A stretch of 64,000 nt of DNA, taken from assembly GCA_963809545.1 (NCBI GenBank), contig CAWEKD010000004.1, positions 120,971-184,970 of the forward strand. The letters run 5' to 3'. Positions 40,386 to 49,361 of the stretch are shown here, piece by piece (positions within the stretch are counted from its first letter, which is position 1; each line of letters begins with the position of its first letter). The notes below the pieces were generated by a model that saw only the letters and a list, made by a program, of their open reading frames with translations, made no database searches and was not told the DNA's origin. The stretch is from an uncultured Actinomycetota bacterium (GTDB lineage Bacteria > Actinomycetota > Actinomycetes > Mycobacteriales > Micromonosporaceae). The translations under genes were made by a program, and so were the position numbers.

Positions 40386-40488
40386 TCAACGCCGCCGTGG
40401 GCCGGGCCGGTCCCATAGCCCTGAAGTGGGATGGCCGAGGTCGGCTGGGTTGTGCCGAGCAACGCGAAGGAGCGACAGGTGCTGGACT

Positions 40489-41127
40489 GGCTGAACTCCA
40501 CGGCGGTCACCGCCTTCGGGGTGCCGACGTCCTGGGCGGAGCTGCTGGGTTTCGGCACCGGCGCCCTCTGTGTGCTGCTGGTGGTGCGCCAGCACATCGC
40601 GAACTGGCCGATCGGCATCCTCAACGTCCTGCTGCTGATGGTGGTGTTCTGGACCGCCGGGCTGTACGCCGATGCGGGCCCTGCAGATCGTCTACGTGCT
40701 CCTCGGCGCGTACGGCTGGTGGCACTGGGCCCGTGGCGGAGCTGACCGCGGCACCCTGCCGGTGCGGCGCACCACCGGCACCGAGTGGCTGGCTTTAGCG
40801 GCGGCCGGCGCCGCGGGCACCGGCGCGCTGTGGTTCTTCCTGGCGCACTACACCGACTCCACGGTGCCGCTGCCGGACGCGCTCACCACCGCGTTGTCGC
40901 TGCTGGCCACGTACGGGCAGGCCCGCAAACTGGTGGAGAGCTGGTGGCTGTGGATCACCGCCGACCTGATCTACATCCCGCTGTACGGCTACAAGGGGCT
41001 CTGGTTGACCGCGCTGCTCTACGTCGGGTTCCTGTGTCTGTGTGTGCTCGGGCTGCGGGCCTGGCGCGCCGATCTACGCCGCCGCACCGGCGCCGGTGAC
41101 CCGGCCGTGACGGGGGTGGCCGGATGA
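40489..41127 (+). pseudogene. pnuC: Nicotinamide riboside transporter PnuC, apparent 1-nt frameshift
   Basis: GTG at 40489 with GAAGGAG SD: VLDWLNSTAVTAFGVPTSWAELLGFGTGALCVLLVVRQHIANWPIGILNV...LYADA. It continues in the frame of ORF 40672..41127 (QIVYVLLGAYGWWHW...). Junction gcgggccctgcag at about 40672..40684. Confidence 0.8.
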
Positions 41128-42242
41128 CCCGCCGGTTCTCCCACGGGCTGGTGGTCGGCAAGTTCTACCCGCCGCACGCTGGGCATCATTACCTGATCGA
41201 GACCGCCGCCGCGGCCTGCTCCCGGGTCACCGTGGTGGTGGCACCGTCGAGCGTGGAGTCGATCCCGCTGGAGCTGCGGCTGAGCTGGTTGCGGGAGGTC
41301 CACTCCCCTACCCCGTGGGTGCGGTTCGTCGGGGTCATCGACGACCACCCGGTCGACTACGAGGATCCGCAGATCTGGGACGCCCACTGTCGATTGTTCC
41401 GACAGGCCGCCGGGGACGAGGTCGACGCCGTCTTCAGCTCCGAGGGTTACGGGCCGGAGCTGGCCCGGCGGTTCGCGGCCACGCATGTGGAGGTGGACGC
41501 TGCCCGTACCGCCGTACCGGTGTCCGGCACCGCGGTACGCGCCGACCCGATCGCGCACTGGCATCACCTGGCCCCACCGGTGCGGGCCTGGTTCACCCGC
41601 CGGGTGGTGGTCGTGGGCGCGGAGTCGACCGGCACCACCACGCTGGCCCGCTCCCTCGCCGAGGCGCTGCGACGTCGCGGTGGGGCCTGGGCGGAGACCC
41701 AGTGGGTTCCGGAGTACGGCCGGGAGTTGACGGCCCGGAAGTTGGCCGCGCTGCACGCCGTCGATCCGGACGCGACGATATTCGACGTGACCTGGTCGCC
41801 GGCGGACTTCGTGGAGGTCGCCACGGCGCAGAACGCGGCCGAGGACGCCGCCGCCCGCGTCGGTGGGCCGATCCTGGTCTGCGACACCGACGCCCGCGCC
41901 ACCGCGGTCTGGCAGGAGCGCTACCTCGGCACCGTTTCCCCGCAGGTACGGGCCGCGGCCCGGATGCCGGACCTCTATCTGCTCACCGACCACACCGATG
42001 TGCCGTTTGAGGACGACGGGCTGCGCGACGGTGAGCACCTGCGGGCCTGGATGACCGACCGGTTCCGGACCGAGTTGCGCCGCGCCCACGCTCCGGTGGT
42101 GGAGGTGACCGGCCCGCCCGAGGTGCGGCTGGCGACCGCGCTCACGGCCTGTGACGCGCTGGTGGCCCGGGGATGGTCGTTGGCGGACCCGTTGCCGGAG
42201 CGCGGGGCGGTCACCGGTCCGTCGACGGCACCGACGCGTTGA
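41124..42242 (+). CDS. nadR: NadR-type NMN adenylyltransferase / ribosylnicotinamide kinase (no HTH domain)
   Basis: 372 aa, GKFYPPHAGHHYLI (nucleotidyltransferase HxGH), GAESTGTTTLA (kinase P-loop). ATGA overlap with pnuC. Confidence 0.85.
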   Translation: MTRRFSHGLVVGKFYPPHAGHHYLIETAAAACSRVTVVVAPSSVESIPLELRLSWLREVHSPTPWVRFVGVIDDHPVDYEDPQIWDAHCRLFRQAAGDEVDAVFSSEGYGPELARRFAATHVEVDAARTAVPVSGTAVRADPIAHWHHLAPPVRAWFTRRVVVVGAESTGTTTLARSLAEALRRRGGAWAETQWVPEYGRELTARKLAALHAVDPDATIFDVTWSPADFVEVATAQNAAEDAAARVGGPILVCDTDARATAVWQERYLGTVSPQVRAAARMPDLYLLTDHTDVPFEDDGLRDGEHLRAWMTDRFRTELRRAHAPVVEVTGPPEVRLATALTACDALVARGWSLADPLPERGAVTGPSTAPTR

Positions 42243-42255
42243 CCGCCGACGGGCG

Positions 42256-42795
42256 TTACTCGCCGGTGAGCCCGTCCACGGACTGCCGCAGCAGGTCGGC
42301 GTGCCCGTTGTGGCGGGCGTACTCCTCGATCATGTGGACCAGGATCCACCGCAGGCTGGGGGTACGTCCGTCCGACCAGCCCCGCGCGGCGAGCCGGTCC
42401 AGCCCGCCGTCGGCCAGCGCCTCCTCGGTCAACGCCCGGGAGCGGGCCACCGCGTCCTCCCAGAGCGCGAACAGCTGCTCCGGGGAGTCGTGGGCGGCCG
42501 AGTGCCACGGCCAGTCCGGGTCGGCTTTCCAGTCCACCGCGGCCCACACCGGGTGCGGGTCCCGGCCGTGCAGCCGGTAGGCGAACCAGTAGTCCTCCAC
42601 CCAGGCCAGGTGCTTGAGCAACCCACCGAGGGTGATGGTGGCGGGGCCGACGGTCGCTTGTAGGCCCTTGGCGTCGAGGCCTCGGCATTTCCACGCCAGG
42701 GTGGCGCGGTGGAACTCCAGGAACCCCACCAGGGTCGCGGTCTCGTCGGCCGCCAGCGGCGGCTCCGGGCGGCCCTGCTCATCTAGTGCGGTCAC
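42256..42795 (-). CDS. DinB/DUF664 family (mycothiol transferase-like) protein
   Basis: ORF trimmed to GTG at 42795. LVGFLEFHRATLAWKCRGLD...LKHLAWVEDYWF...HMIEEYARHNGHADLLRQ. Confidence 0.78.
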   Translation of the reverse strand: MTALDEQGRPEPPLAADETATLVGFLEFHRATLAWKCRGLDAKGLQATVGPATITLGGLLKHLAWVEDYWFAYRLHGRDPHPVWAAVDWKADPDWPWHSAAHDSPEQLFALWEDAVARSRALTEEALADGGLDRLAARGWSDGRTPSLRWILVHMIEEYARHNGHADLLRQSVDGLTGE

Positions 42796-42839
42796 GACCG
42801 GCAAGCCTAGCGGCGCCGGTCGGCCGGGCGGGAGTCCGG

Positions 42840-43472
42840 TCAGCCCGCCCCCGAGTGGGCATGGACGGCGGCGGAGACGGCCTCGACCACGCCGTCCCGG
42901 GCGATGCCCCCGAGGAGGGCCCCGACCGCGGCGTCGATCTCCGGTTCGGTGACCGGGGCGTGCCGGAACAGCAGTCGGTAGTGGACCAGCGAGGCCAGGG
43001 TGTCGACCGCGAGGGTCAGGTCGACGCCGTCCCGCAGGTCGCCCCGGTCCCGCGCCTGCTCGAGGGTGACCCGAACCGCCGCCCGGGGTGGTTCGAACAC
43101 CGTGGTCATGAAGGTCCGGCGTAGTTCCGGGTCGTCGGTGCAGTCGGCCAGCAGAGCGCTGACCGTCTCGGCCCCCATGCAGGTGAGCACCCGGGCGAAC
43201 AGCTCCAACGACTCGACCAGGTCGCACCGGGTGCAGCCGGTCTGGGGTGGCACCACCCGCCCCATGCGCCGCTGCAACTCGGCCAGCACCAGCTGCTGGC
43301 GACCAGGCCAGCGCCGGTAGATGGCGGTCTTGCTCACCCCCGCCCGCCGGGCGACGTGCTCGATCGCGAGTTCGGGGTAGCCGAGTTCGTCCAGCAGCTC
43401 GGAGGTGCTGTCGAGGACCGCGCGGTCGATGGACGAGTCCCGCGGTCGCCCCCCACGGAGACCGGTTGTCAC
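42840..43472 (-). CDS. TetR/AcrR family transcriptional regulator
   Basis: 210 aa, IEHVARRAGVSKTAIYRRWPGRQQL HTH. Divergent from an MFS gene. Confidence 0.85.
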   Translation of the reverse strand: MTTGLRGGRPRDSSIDRAVLDSTSELLDELGYPELAIEHVARRAGVSKTAIYRRWPGRQQLVLAELQRRMGRVVPPQTGCTRCDLVESLELFARVLTCMGAETVSALLADCTDDPELRRTFMTTVFEPPRAAVRVTLEQARDRGDLRDGVDLTLAVDTLASLVHYRLLFRHAPVTEPEIDAAVGALLGGIARDGVVEAVSAAVHAHSGAG

Positions 43473-43501
43473 GCTTCCATGGTAACTTTCGCTACGCTAC
43501 G

Positions 43502-43514
43502 TTTCGTATCGAAA
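43502..43514. promoter_or_regulatory. Candidate TetR operator in the divergent TetR/MFS intergenic region
   Basis: TTTCG-TAT-CGAAA inverted repeat inside the 56-bp intergenic spacer, next to the direct repeat ctacgctacg. Confidence 0.3.
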
Positions 43515-43528
43515 TGAGGGAGACCCGC

Positions 43529-45040
43529 ATGGCACCCACCCCACCCGCCGGCTACCGGGCATGGCTCGGGCTCGGGCTGCTGACCTTGCCACTGTTCGTG
43601 CTGGCGGTGGACGCCAGCGTCCTCTACCTGGCGGCACCCCACATCGGTGCGGCGCTCGCCCCTTCCGCTTCCCAATGGCTGTGGATCCTCGACAGCTACG
43701 GCTTCCTGATCGCCGGCTGTCTGGTGACCATGGGCTCCGTCGGAGACCGAATCGGACGCCGACGGCTGTTGCTGCTGGGGGCCGGGGCGTTCGCGCTCCT
43801 GTCCGGACTCGCGGCCTACGCGCCGAACCCAGAACTGCTGATCGGGGCCCGGGCCCTGCTAGGGGTGGCCGGGGCGACCCTGATGCCGTCCACGCTGGCG
43901 CTGATCCGGACCCTGTTCCCGGACGACCGCCGCCGCACCATCGCGATCGCGGTCTGGATGACCACCTTCTCCGCCGGGGTGGCGCTCGGCCCGGTGATCG
44001 GTGGGGTGCTGCTGACCGCGTTCTGGTGGGGGGCGGTGTTCCTGCTCGCGGTACCGGTGATGCTGCTGGTCCTGCTCCTCGGACGCTGGCTACTGCCGGA
44101 GAGCCGGGCCACCGCACCGGACCCGGTCGACCTGGCCAGTGTCCTGCTGTCGGTCGCCTCGGTGATCGGCCTGGTGTACGGGATGAAGACCATGGCCGAC
44201 ACCGGACCGACCGCCGGGGCGTGGGGGTCCCTCACCACCGGCGGCCTGCTCGGACTGCTGTTCCTACGCCGGCAACGGCGCCTGTCCCATCCGCTGGTCG
44301 ACGTGAACCTGTTCGCGGGGCGCGGGTTCCGGACCGCCCTGACGCTGCTCCTGCTGGGAATCTTCGCGGTCACCGCGGTGAACTTCCTGGTCCCGCAGTT
44401 CCTCCAGTCGGTCGCCGGCCTGGACCCCCTTCGGGCCGGATTGCTGACCGCCCCGTTGGCGCTGGCCGCGGTCGGCGGCTCCCTGGCCGCGCCCTGGCTG
44501 GCCGGACGGTACGGCCCGGCATGGGTGATCGCGGGCGGCGCGGTCGGGTCGATCGCCGGGTACCTGCTCCTGACCCAGATTCGGGCGGACTCAGTGGGGC
44601 TGCTCCTGGTCGGCGGCGCGCTGGCGGTGCTGGGGTTGAGTCCGATGACGGTGCTCACCACCGACCTGGTGGTGAGCACCGCGCCGTCGGACCGCGCCGG
44701 CTCGGCCGCGGCCCTGTCCGAAACCAGCGGCGAACTAGGAGTGGCGCTGGGGGTGGCGGTGATGGGCAGCCTGGTCACCGCGGCGTACCGGTGGCGGTTC
44801 GACCGGCACCTGCCGGCGGACGTGCCAGAGGAGGTGGCCGCGGCCGCCCGGGAACACGTCAGCCAGGCCGGGACGGCGGTGGTGGACCTGCCTACCACCC
44901 TGGCGGAGCTCGTCACCGGTCACGCCGCGGACGCGTTCACGTTCGGTATCCGGCTGGTCGGGTACGTCGGTGCCGGGCTCATGTGCGGTCTGGTGGTGCT
45001 CGCCCTGACCGGGCTGCGCCGCCGGTCACCCGGTGGCTGA
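43529..45040 (+). CDS. MFS transporter, DHA2 family
   Basis: ORF trimmed to ATG at 43529 (GAGGGAG SD). MAPTPPAGYRAWLGLGLLTLPLFVLAVDASVLYLA...GDRIGRRRLLLLG. Confidence 0.85.
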   Translation: MAPTPPAGYRAWLGLGLLTLPLFVLAVDASVLYLAAPHIGAALAPSASQWLWILDSYGFLIAGCLVTMGSVGDRIGRRRLLLLGAGAFALLSGLAAYAPNPELLIGARALLGVAGATLMPSTLALIRTLFPDDRRRTIAIAVWMTTFSAGVALGPVIGGVLLTAFWWGAVFLLAVPVMLLVLLLGRWLLPESRATAPDPVDLASVLLSVASVIGLVYGMKTMADTGPTAGAWGSLTTGGLLGLLFLRRQRRLSHPLVDVNLFAGRGFRTALTLLLLGIFAVTAVNFLVPQFLQSVAGLDPLRAGLLTAPLALAAVGGSLAAPWLAGRYGPAWVIAGGAVGSIAGYLLLTQIRADSVGLLLVGGALAVLGLSPMTVLTTDLVVSTAPSDRAGSAAALSETSGELGVALGVAVMGSLVTAAYRWRFDRHLPADVPEEVAAAAREHVSQAGTAVVDLPTTLAELVTGHAADAFTFGIRLVGYVGAGLMCGLVVLALTGLRRRSPGG

Positions 45041-46108
45041 TGATCGGCCGCGGGGGGTGAGGAAGGTGCGGAGCCGGTCCACTTCGGCGTCGAACGCGGC
45101 TGCGAACCGGCGGGACTTCGGCACCCCGTCGATGAACCCGGCCTCCACCGTCTCCCCGTCCCGCGCGCAGTTGACCCAGCCGATCACCCGGTCCCGCCAC
45201 AGCAGCGGCAGGGCGTAGTAGCCCCACCGGCGCTTGGCCGCCGGGGTGTAGGCCTCGAACCGGTACTCCCACCCCCACAGGTGGGCGAACCGGCGCCGGT
45301 CCCACACCACCGGGTCGAACGGGGCCAGGAATCGTACCCGCCCATCCGGCTCCGCGGGCACCTCCGGCAACACCGTCGGCCACACGTACCGCATGCCGTC
45401 CACAGTGGCGACGGTCAGCTCACCGGAGTCGACCAACTGCGACACGAGAGCGGCGGGGCGGACCAGGAAGCGGGTCATCCGCAGCAGCTCCCGGAAAGTG
45501 GCCTCGGGCAACGGCGCGAACGTGGCCGCCACCCGCAGCGCGATCCGCCGGGCCCGCTCCTCGGCCGCCAGTGGCTCCGGCAACGGCGGGGCCGGCTCGT
45601 ACAGCCGCACCCCCCGCTCGCGCCGCGCCACCCGCACCAGCCCGTGCCAGTGCAGCTCCTCCAGCGCCCGGGTGGTGGCCGCCGACCGCCCGCCCCAGCC
45701 GTTGGTCACTGACCGCCGGCCGAACGCGGCCTGGGCGTCCCGGGGATGGGTCACACCCCGCTGCCGTACGAACGCCAACACCTCGGCCGCCAGCCCGGTC
45801 GGCCGGTAGTTGCCGTCGGGGGCGATCCGGGTCCGGCGAGGATGCAGCACCCGCCGCAGCGGCTGGGTGACGAACCCGTACGCGTAGAGGAGGTCCTCAT
45901 CCAGCGGCAGCGAAGGATAGGCGCGCTCCAGGTCCCCGACCCGGTAACCCGGTACCCGCTGCCGCAGGATCAGGTCTTGGGCGGGGGCGGGCGCCCGGAT
46001 CGGGTCGGCCTGCACAAACTCCAGCCGCGCCATCACCTCCGCCAGGCTGGCGCCCCGGGTCAACGCCCCACCCACCGCCTGTCCCCGCAGCCATGCCATG
46101 GTGGTCAT
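45026..46108 (-). CDS. Winged-helix DNA glycosylase-like protein (AlkZ/YcaQ, DUF1006 family)
   Basis: ORF trimmed to ATG at 46108 (or 46099). LEFVQADPIRAPAPAQDLILRQRV...FDPVVWDRRRFAHLWGWEYRFEAYTPAAKRRWGYYALPLL. Confidence 0.7.
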   Translation of the reverse strand: MTTMAWLRGQAVGGALTRGASLAEVMARLEFVQADPIRAPAPAQDLILRQRVPGYRVGDLERAYPSLPLDEDLLYAYGFVTQPLRRVLHPRRTRIAPDGNYRPTGLAAEVLAFVRQRGVTHPRDAQAAFGRRSVTNGWGGRSAATTRALEELHWHGLVRVARRERGVRLYEPAPPLPEPLAAEERARRIALRVAATFAPLPEATFRELLRMTRFLVRPAALVSQLVDSGELTVATVDGMRYVWPTVLPEVPAEPDGRVRFLAPFDPVVWDRRRFAHLWGWEYRFEAYTPAAKRRWGYYALPLLWRDRVIGWVNCARDGETVEAGFIDGVPKSRRFAAAFDAEVDRLRTFLTPRGRSSATG

Positions 46109-46190
46109 GCCCGGCAGGCTAGCCACCACCACCGACATCGCCGCTGACTCGACCGGGGCCCCGCCCGGCAGCAGACGGTACGGTGGCCGG

Positions 46191-47081
46191 GTGCGGATCG
46201 TGTCTCTCTTGCCCTCGGCCACCGAGATCCTGTTCGCGCTCGGCGCGGGAGAACAGGTGGTGGGAGTGACCTTCGAGTGCGACTACCCGCCGGAGGCGCG
46301 CCAGCGGCGGATCGTCTCCACCAGTGCCCTGCCGTCCACCTCCGACCCGGCCGAGATTGACCGGCTCGTGGCGGAACGGATGGCCGCCGGGGAGGACCTG
46401 TACCGGCTGGATCAGGACGCGCTGGCCGATCTGAACGCGGATCTGGTGGTCACCCAGGATCTGTGTGCGGTGTGCGCGGTGGACGTCTCCGAAGTGCACG
46501 ACGCCCTGGACTACCTGGGGTGCCGGGCGGAGGTGCTGACCGTCGACCCGCATCGGCTGACGGAGGTGCTGGACTCGATCCGGACACTGGGCGAGGTCAC
46601 CGGCACCGCGTCACGCGCCGACGAGTTGGTGGCGGCGCTGACCACCCGGCTGGACACGGTCCGGGCCGCGGTGGCAGGGCAGCCGCCGGTGCCGACCCTG
46701 GTGCTGGAGTGGACCGACCCCCCGTTCGCCCCCGGCCACTGGGTGCCCGATCTCGTCACCGCCGCCGGTGGGGTGAACGTGCTGGGCTCCGCGGGCCAGG
46801 ATTCGTTCCGCACCACCTGGGAGCAGGTGACGGCCAGCCGCCCCGAGGTGATCGTGTGCGCCCCGTGCGGGTTCGGGTTGGCCGACTCGTACCGGTTGGC
46901 GGAGCAGGTGGTGGCGCAGGGAGTGCTGCCGGAGGGGGTGCCGGTGTGGGCGGTGGACGCCAACGCCTCCTTCGCGCGCCCGGGGCCCCGGCTGGTGGAC
47001 GGGGTGGAGGCGCTGGCCGGCATCCTGCACCCGGACGTGGCCGGGCCACCGGACCCGGCCATGGCGCGCCGGGTCCGGTGA
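46191..47081 (+). CDS. Cobalamin/siderophore periplasmic-binding-protein-like protein without an obvious signal peptide
   Basis: GTG at 46191: VRIVSLLPSATEILFALGAGEQVVGVTFECDYP...VVTQDLCAVC. BtuF-like fold signature. Confidence 0.7.
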   Translation: MRIVSLLPSATEILFALGAGEQVVGVTFECDYPPEARQRRIVSTSALPSTSDPAEIDRLVAERMAAGEDLYRLDQDALADLNADLVVTQDLCAVCAVDVSEVHDALDYLGCRAEVLTVDPHRLTEVLDSIRTLGEVTGTASRADELVAALTTRLDTVRAAVAGQPPVPTLVLEWTDPPFAPGHWVPDLVTAAGGVNVLGSAGQDSFRTTWEQVTASRPEVIVCAPCGFGLADSYRLAEQVVAQGVLPEGVPVWAVDANASFARPGPRLVDGVEALAGILHPDVAGPPDPAMARRVR

Positions 47082-47093
47082 ACACACGTCCGG

Positions 47094-49223
47094 TCAGGAC
47101 GGGGTGAGGCGGATCCGGCGCAGCAACTGGGCGTTGAGCGCGACCACGATGGTGGAGGCAGACATCAGCACGGCCCCGACCGCCGGGCTGAGCGTCACCC
47201 CGACCCCGGCCAGGACCCCGGCGGCCAGAGGCAGCGCCACCACGTTGTAGCCCACCGCCCAGGCCAGGTTCTGCACCATCTTCCGGTACGAGGCCCGGGC
47301 CAGCCGCAGCACCGCCGCCACCCCGCGCGGATCGGAGGAGCCGAGTACCAACTCGGCCGACTCGATCGCCACCTCGGTGCCGGCGCCGATGGCGATCCCC
47401 ACGTCCGCCCGGGCCAGGGCCGGCGCGTCGTTGACCCCGTCACCGACCATCGCCACGACCGCACCGCGTTCCCGCAGTTCCCGGACGATCCGTTCCTTGT
47501 CGGCCGGCAGCACCTCGGCGTACACCTCGTCCACGCCGGACCGGAAGCCGAGGTCGGTGGCGACGGTCTCGGCCACGGACCGGGCGTCACCGGTGATCAT
47601 CGCGATCCGGGTGACCCCGAGCGCCCGCAGATCCTCGACGGCCGCCCGCGCCTGGGGGCGGACCTGGTCAGCCAGCGCCAGCGCCCCCAGCACCACCGGT
47701 TGTCCCTCGTCTACCCGCAACAGGTGCAGTACGGTGGCGCCGCGGCGGCGCCACGGGGTGGTGCGGTCGGTCAGGTCGGCGGGCACCGTGGCCGACAGCC
47801 GCCGCAGCAGGGCCGGGCCACCGACCGCGTACCGCTTCCCCTCCACAGTGGCCCGTACCCCGTGTCCGGGGAGGGATTCGAACTCGCTGGCCACGGGTGG
47901 CTGGTCGGAGTCGGCGGCGGCGACGATCGCCTGGGCCAGCGGATGCTCGCTGTCGGACTCCACCGCGGCGGCGAGCCGAAGCACCTCCGCTTCCGTGCGG
48001 TCGCCGGCCGGGGCCACCCCGATCACGGTGGGGGCGCCGGTGGTCAGGGTGCCGGTCTTGTCGAACAGCACCGCGTCCACCTCCCGCATCCGCTCCAGCG
48101 CCCGCCGGTCCCGGATCAGGATCCCGCGGTGGGCGGAGAGGGCGGTGGTCAGCGACACCACCAGCGGGATCGCCAGGCCGAGCGCGTGCGGGCAGGCGAT
48201 CACCAGCACGGTGACGGCCCGGAGCACCGACTCGCCCGGCTCCCCCAGCAGCCACCAGACGCCGAAGGTCAGCAGCGCGACCGCCACCGCGAGGTAGAAC
48301 AGCCAGCCGGCGAACCGGTCCGCCAGCACCTGTCCCCGCCCCCGGGAGGCCTGGGCTTCGGCCACCAGCCGGTGGATGCCGGCCAGGGCGGTCCCCTCGC
48401 CGACCGCGGTCACCTCCACCCGGACGGCGGAGTCCAGCGCGACGGTGCCGGCCACCACCCGGTCGTCGACGGTGCGGACGACCGGCGTGGACTCCCCCGT
48501 GATCATGGACTCGTCGAATTCCGCCCGCCCCTGGACCACCCGGCCATCGGCCGGCACCCGCCCGCCGGGGCGAACCAGCACCACGTCCCCGACCCGGAGG
48601 TCGGAGACGGGCACCTGGCGGGTGTCTCCGGTCGGCTCCAGGCGCTCGGCCTGGTCGGGCAGCAACGCCGCCAACGCCCCGAGCGCGCCCCGCGCCTGCC
48701 TGATCGCCCGCGTCTCCTGCCAGTGCCCCAGCAGCATGACGGTCACCAGCGCGGACAGCTCCCACCAGAAGTCCAGCGCGAACCAGCCCAGGGTGCTGGC
48801 GAGGGAGGCAACGAACGCGACCGTGATCGCCATGGAGATCAGCAGCATCATCCCGGGGGCGCGGGCCCGTACCTCCGCCACCGCGCCGGTCAGGAACGGC
48901 GCCCCGCCGTAGGCGAACACCACCGTGCCGAGCACCGGCGCCACCCCGTCGGCCCAGCCGGGCACCTCGTACCCGAACCAGCCGGCGACCATCGGGCTGG
49001 TCAGCACCACCGGGACGGTCAGCGCCAGACTGAGCCAGAACCGCCGCCGGAATCCCGCCGGGTCATGCCCGACGTGGTGGTCATGCCCGTCCTGCCCCGC
49101 GTGGTGGTCATGCCCACGGTTGTGGTCAGCGGGCCCGGTGTGACCACCGGCGTGGTCGCCGGGTCGATGCCCGGAGGCGGGTCCAGGCCGGTGACCGGCG
49201 TGGTTGTGGTCAACATGTCCCAT
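47094..49223 (-). CDS. Heavy-metal P1B-type ATPase, CPH-motif / His-rich N-terminus (CopB-like, P1B-3)
   Basis: ACPHALGLAIP, DKTGTLT, GDGVNDAPAL. N-terminus MGHVDHNHAGHRPG...HDHHAGQDGHDHHVGH from ATG 49223. The listed ORF begins at a TTG at 49322. Confidence 0.85.
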   Translation of the reverse strand: MGHVDHNHAGHRPGPASGHRPGDHAGGHTGPADHNRGHDHHAGQDGHDHHVGHDPAGFRRRFWLSLALTVPVVLTSPMVAGWFGYEVPGWADGVAPVLGTVVFAYGGAPFLTGAVAEVRARAPGMMLLISMAITVAFVASLASTLGWFALDFWWELSALVTVMLLGHWQETRAIRQARGALGALAALLPDQAERLEPTGDTRQVPVSDLRVGDVVLVRPGGRVPADGRVVQGRAEFDESMITGESTPVVRTVDDRVVAGTVALDSAVRVEVTAVGEGTALAGIHRLVAEAQASRGRGQVLADRFAGWLFYLAVAVALLTFGVWWLLGEPGESVLRAVTVLVIACPHALGLAIPLVVSLTTALSAHRGILIRDRRALERMREVDAVLFDKTGTLTTGAPTVIGVAPAGDRTEAEVLRLAAAVESDSEHPLAQAIVAAADSDQPPVASEFESLPGHGVRATVEGKRYAVGGPALLRRLSATVPADLTDRTTPWRRRGATVLHLLRVDEGQPVVLGALALADQVRPQARAAVEDLRALGVTRIAMITGDARSVAETVATDLGFRSGVDEVYAEVLPADKERIVRELRERGAVVAMVGDGVNDAPALARADVGIAIGAGTEVAIESAELVLGSSDPRGVAAVLRLARASYRKMVQNLAWAVGYNVVALPLAAGVLAGVGVTLSPAVGAVLMSASTIVVALNAQLLRRIRLTPS

Positions 49224-49286
49224 ACCGGACCGCACCCCTACCCGTACCCGGTGAAGCTGCCATCCCGACGCCGTCCGGTCGGCACC

Positions 49287-49304
49287 GGCCACCTCTAGGT
49301 GGCC
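49287..49304. promoter_or_regulatory. 18-bp perfect palindrome between the ATPase and the Pat-like gene
   Basis: GGCCACCT-CT-AGGTGGCC, 64 nt upstream of the ATPase ATG and 58 nt upstream of the Pat-like ATG. Confidence 0.35.
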
Positions 49305-49361
49305 CGGCAGAAGATCTCGCAAACGTGGTTAACCGGCCGGTGATCCGGAAAGGTGGCACTC

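Noticed and set aside
34956-40400. Considered calling the region after tRNA-Val an integrative element or genomic island.
   Set aside because: No integrase, excisionase or transposase gene is present. By eye I found no repeat of the tRNA 3' end to define an att site. Only a decayed mosaic can be supported.
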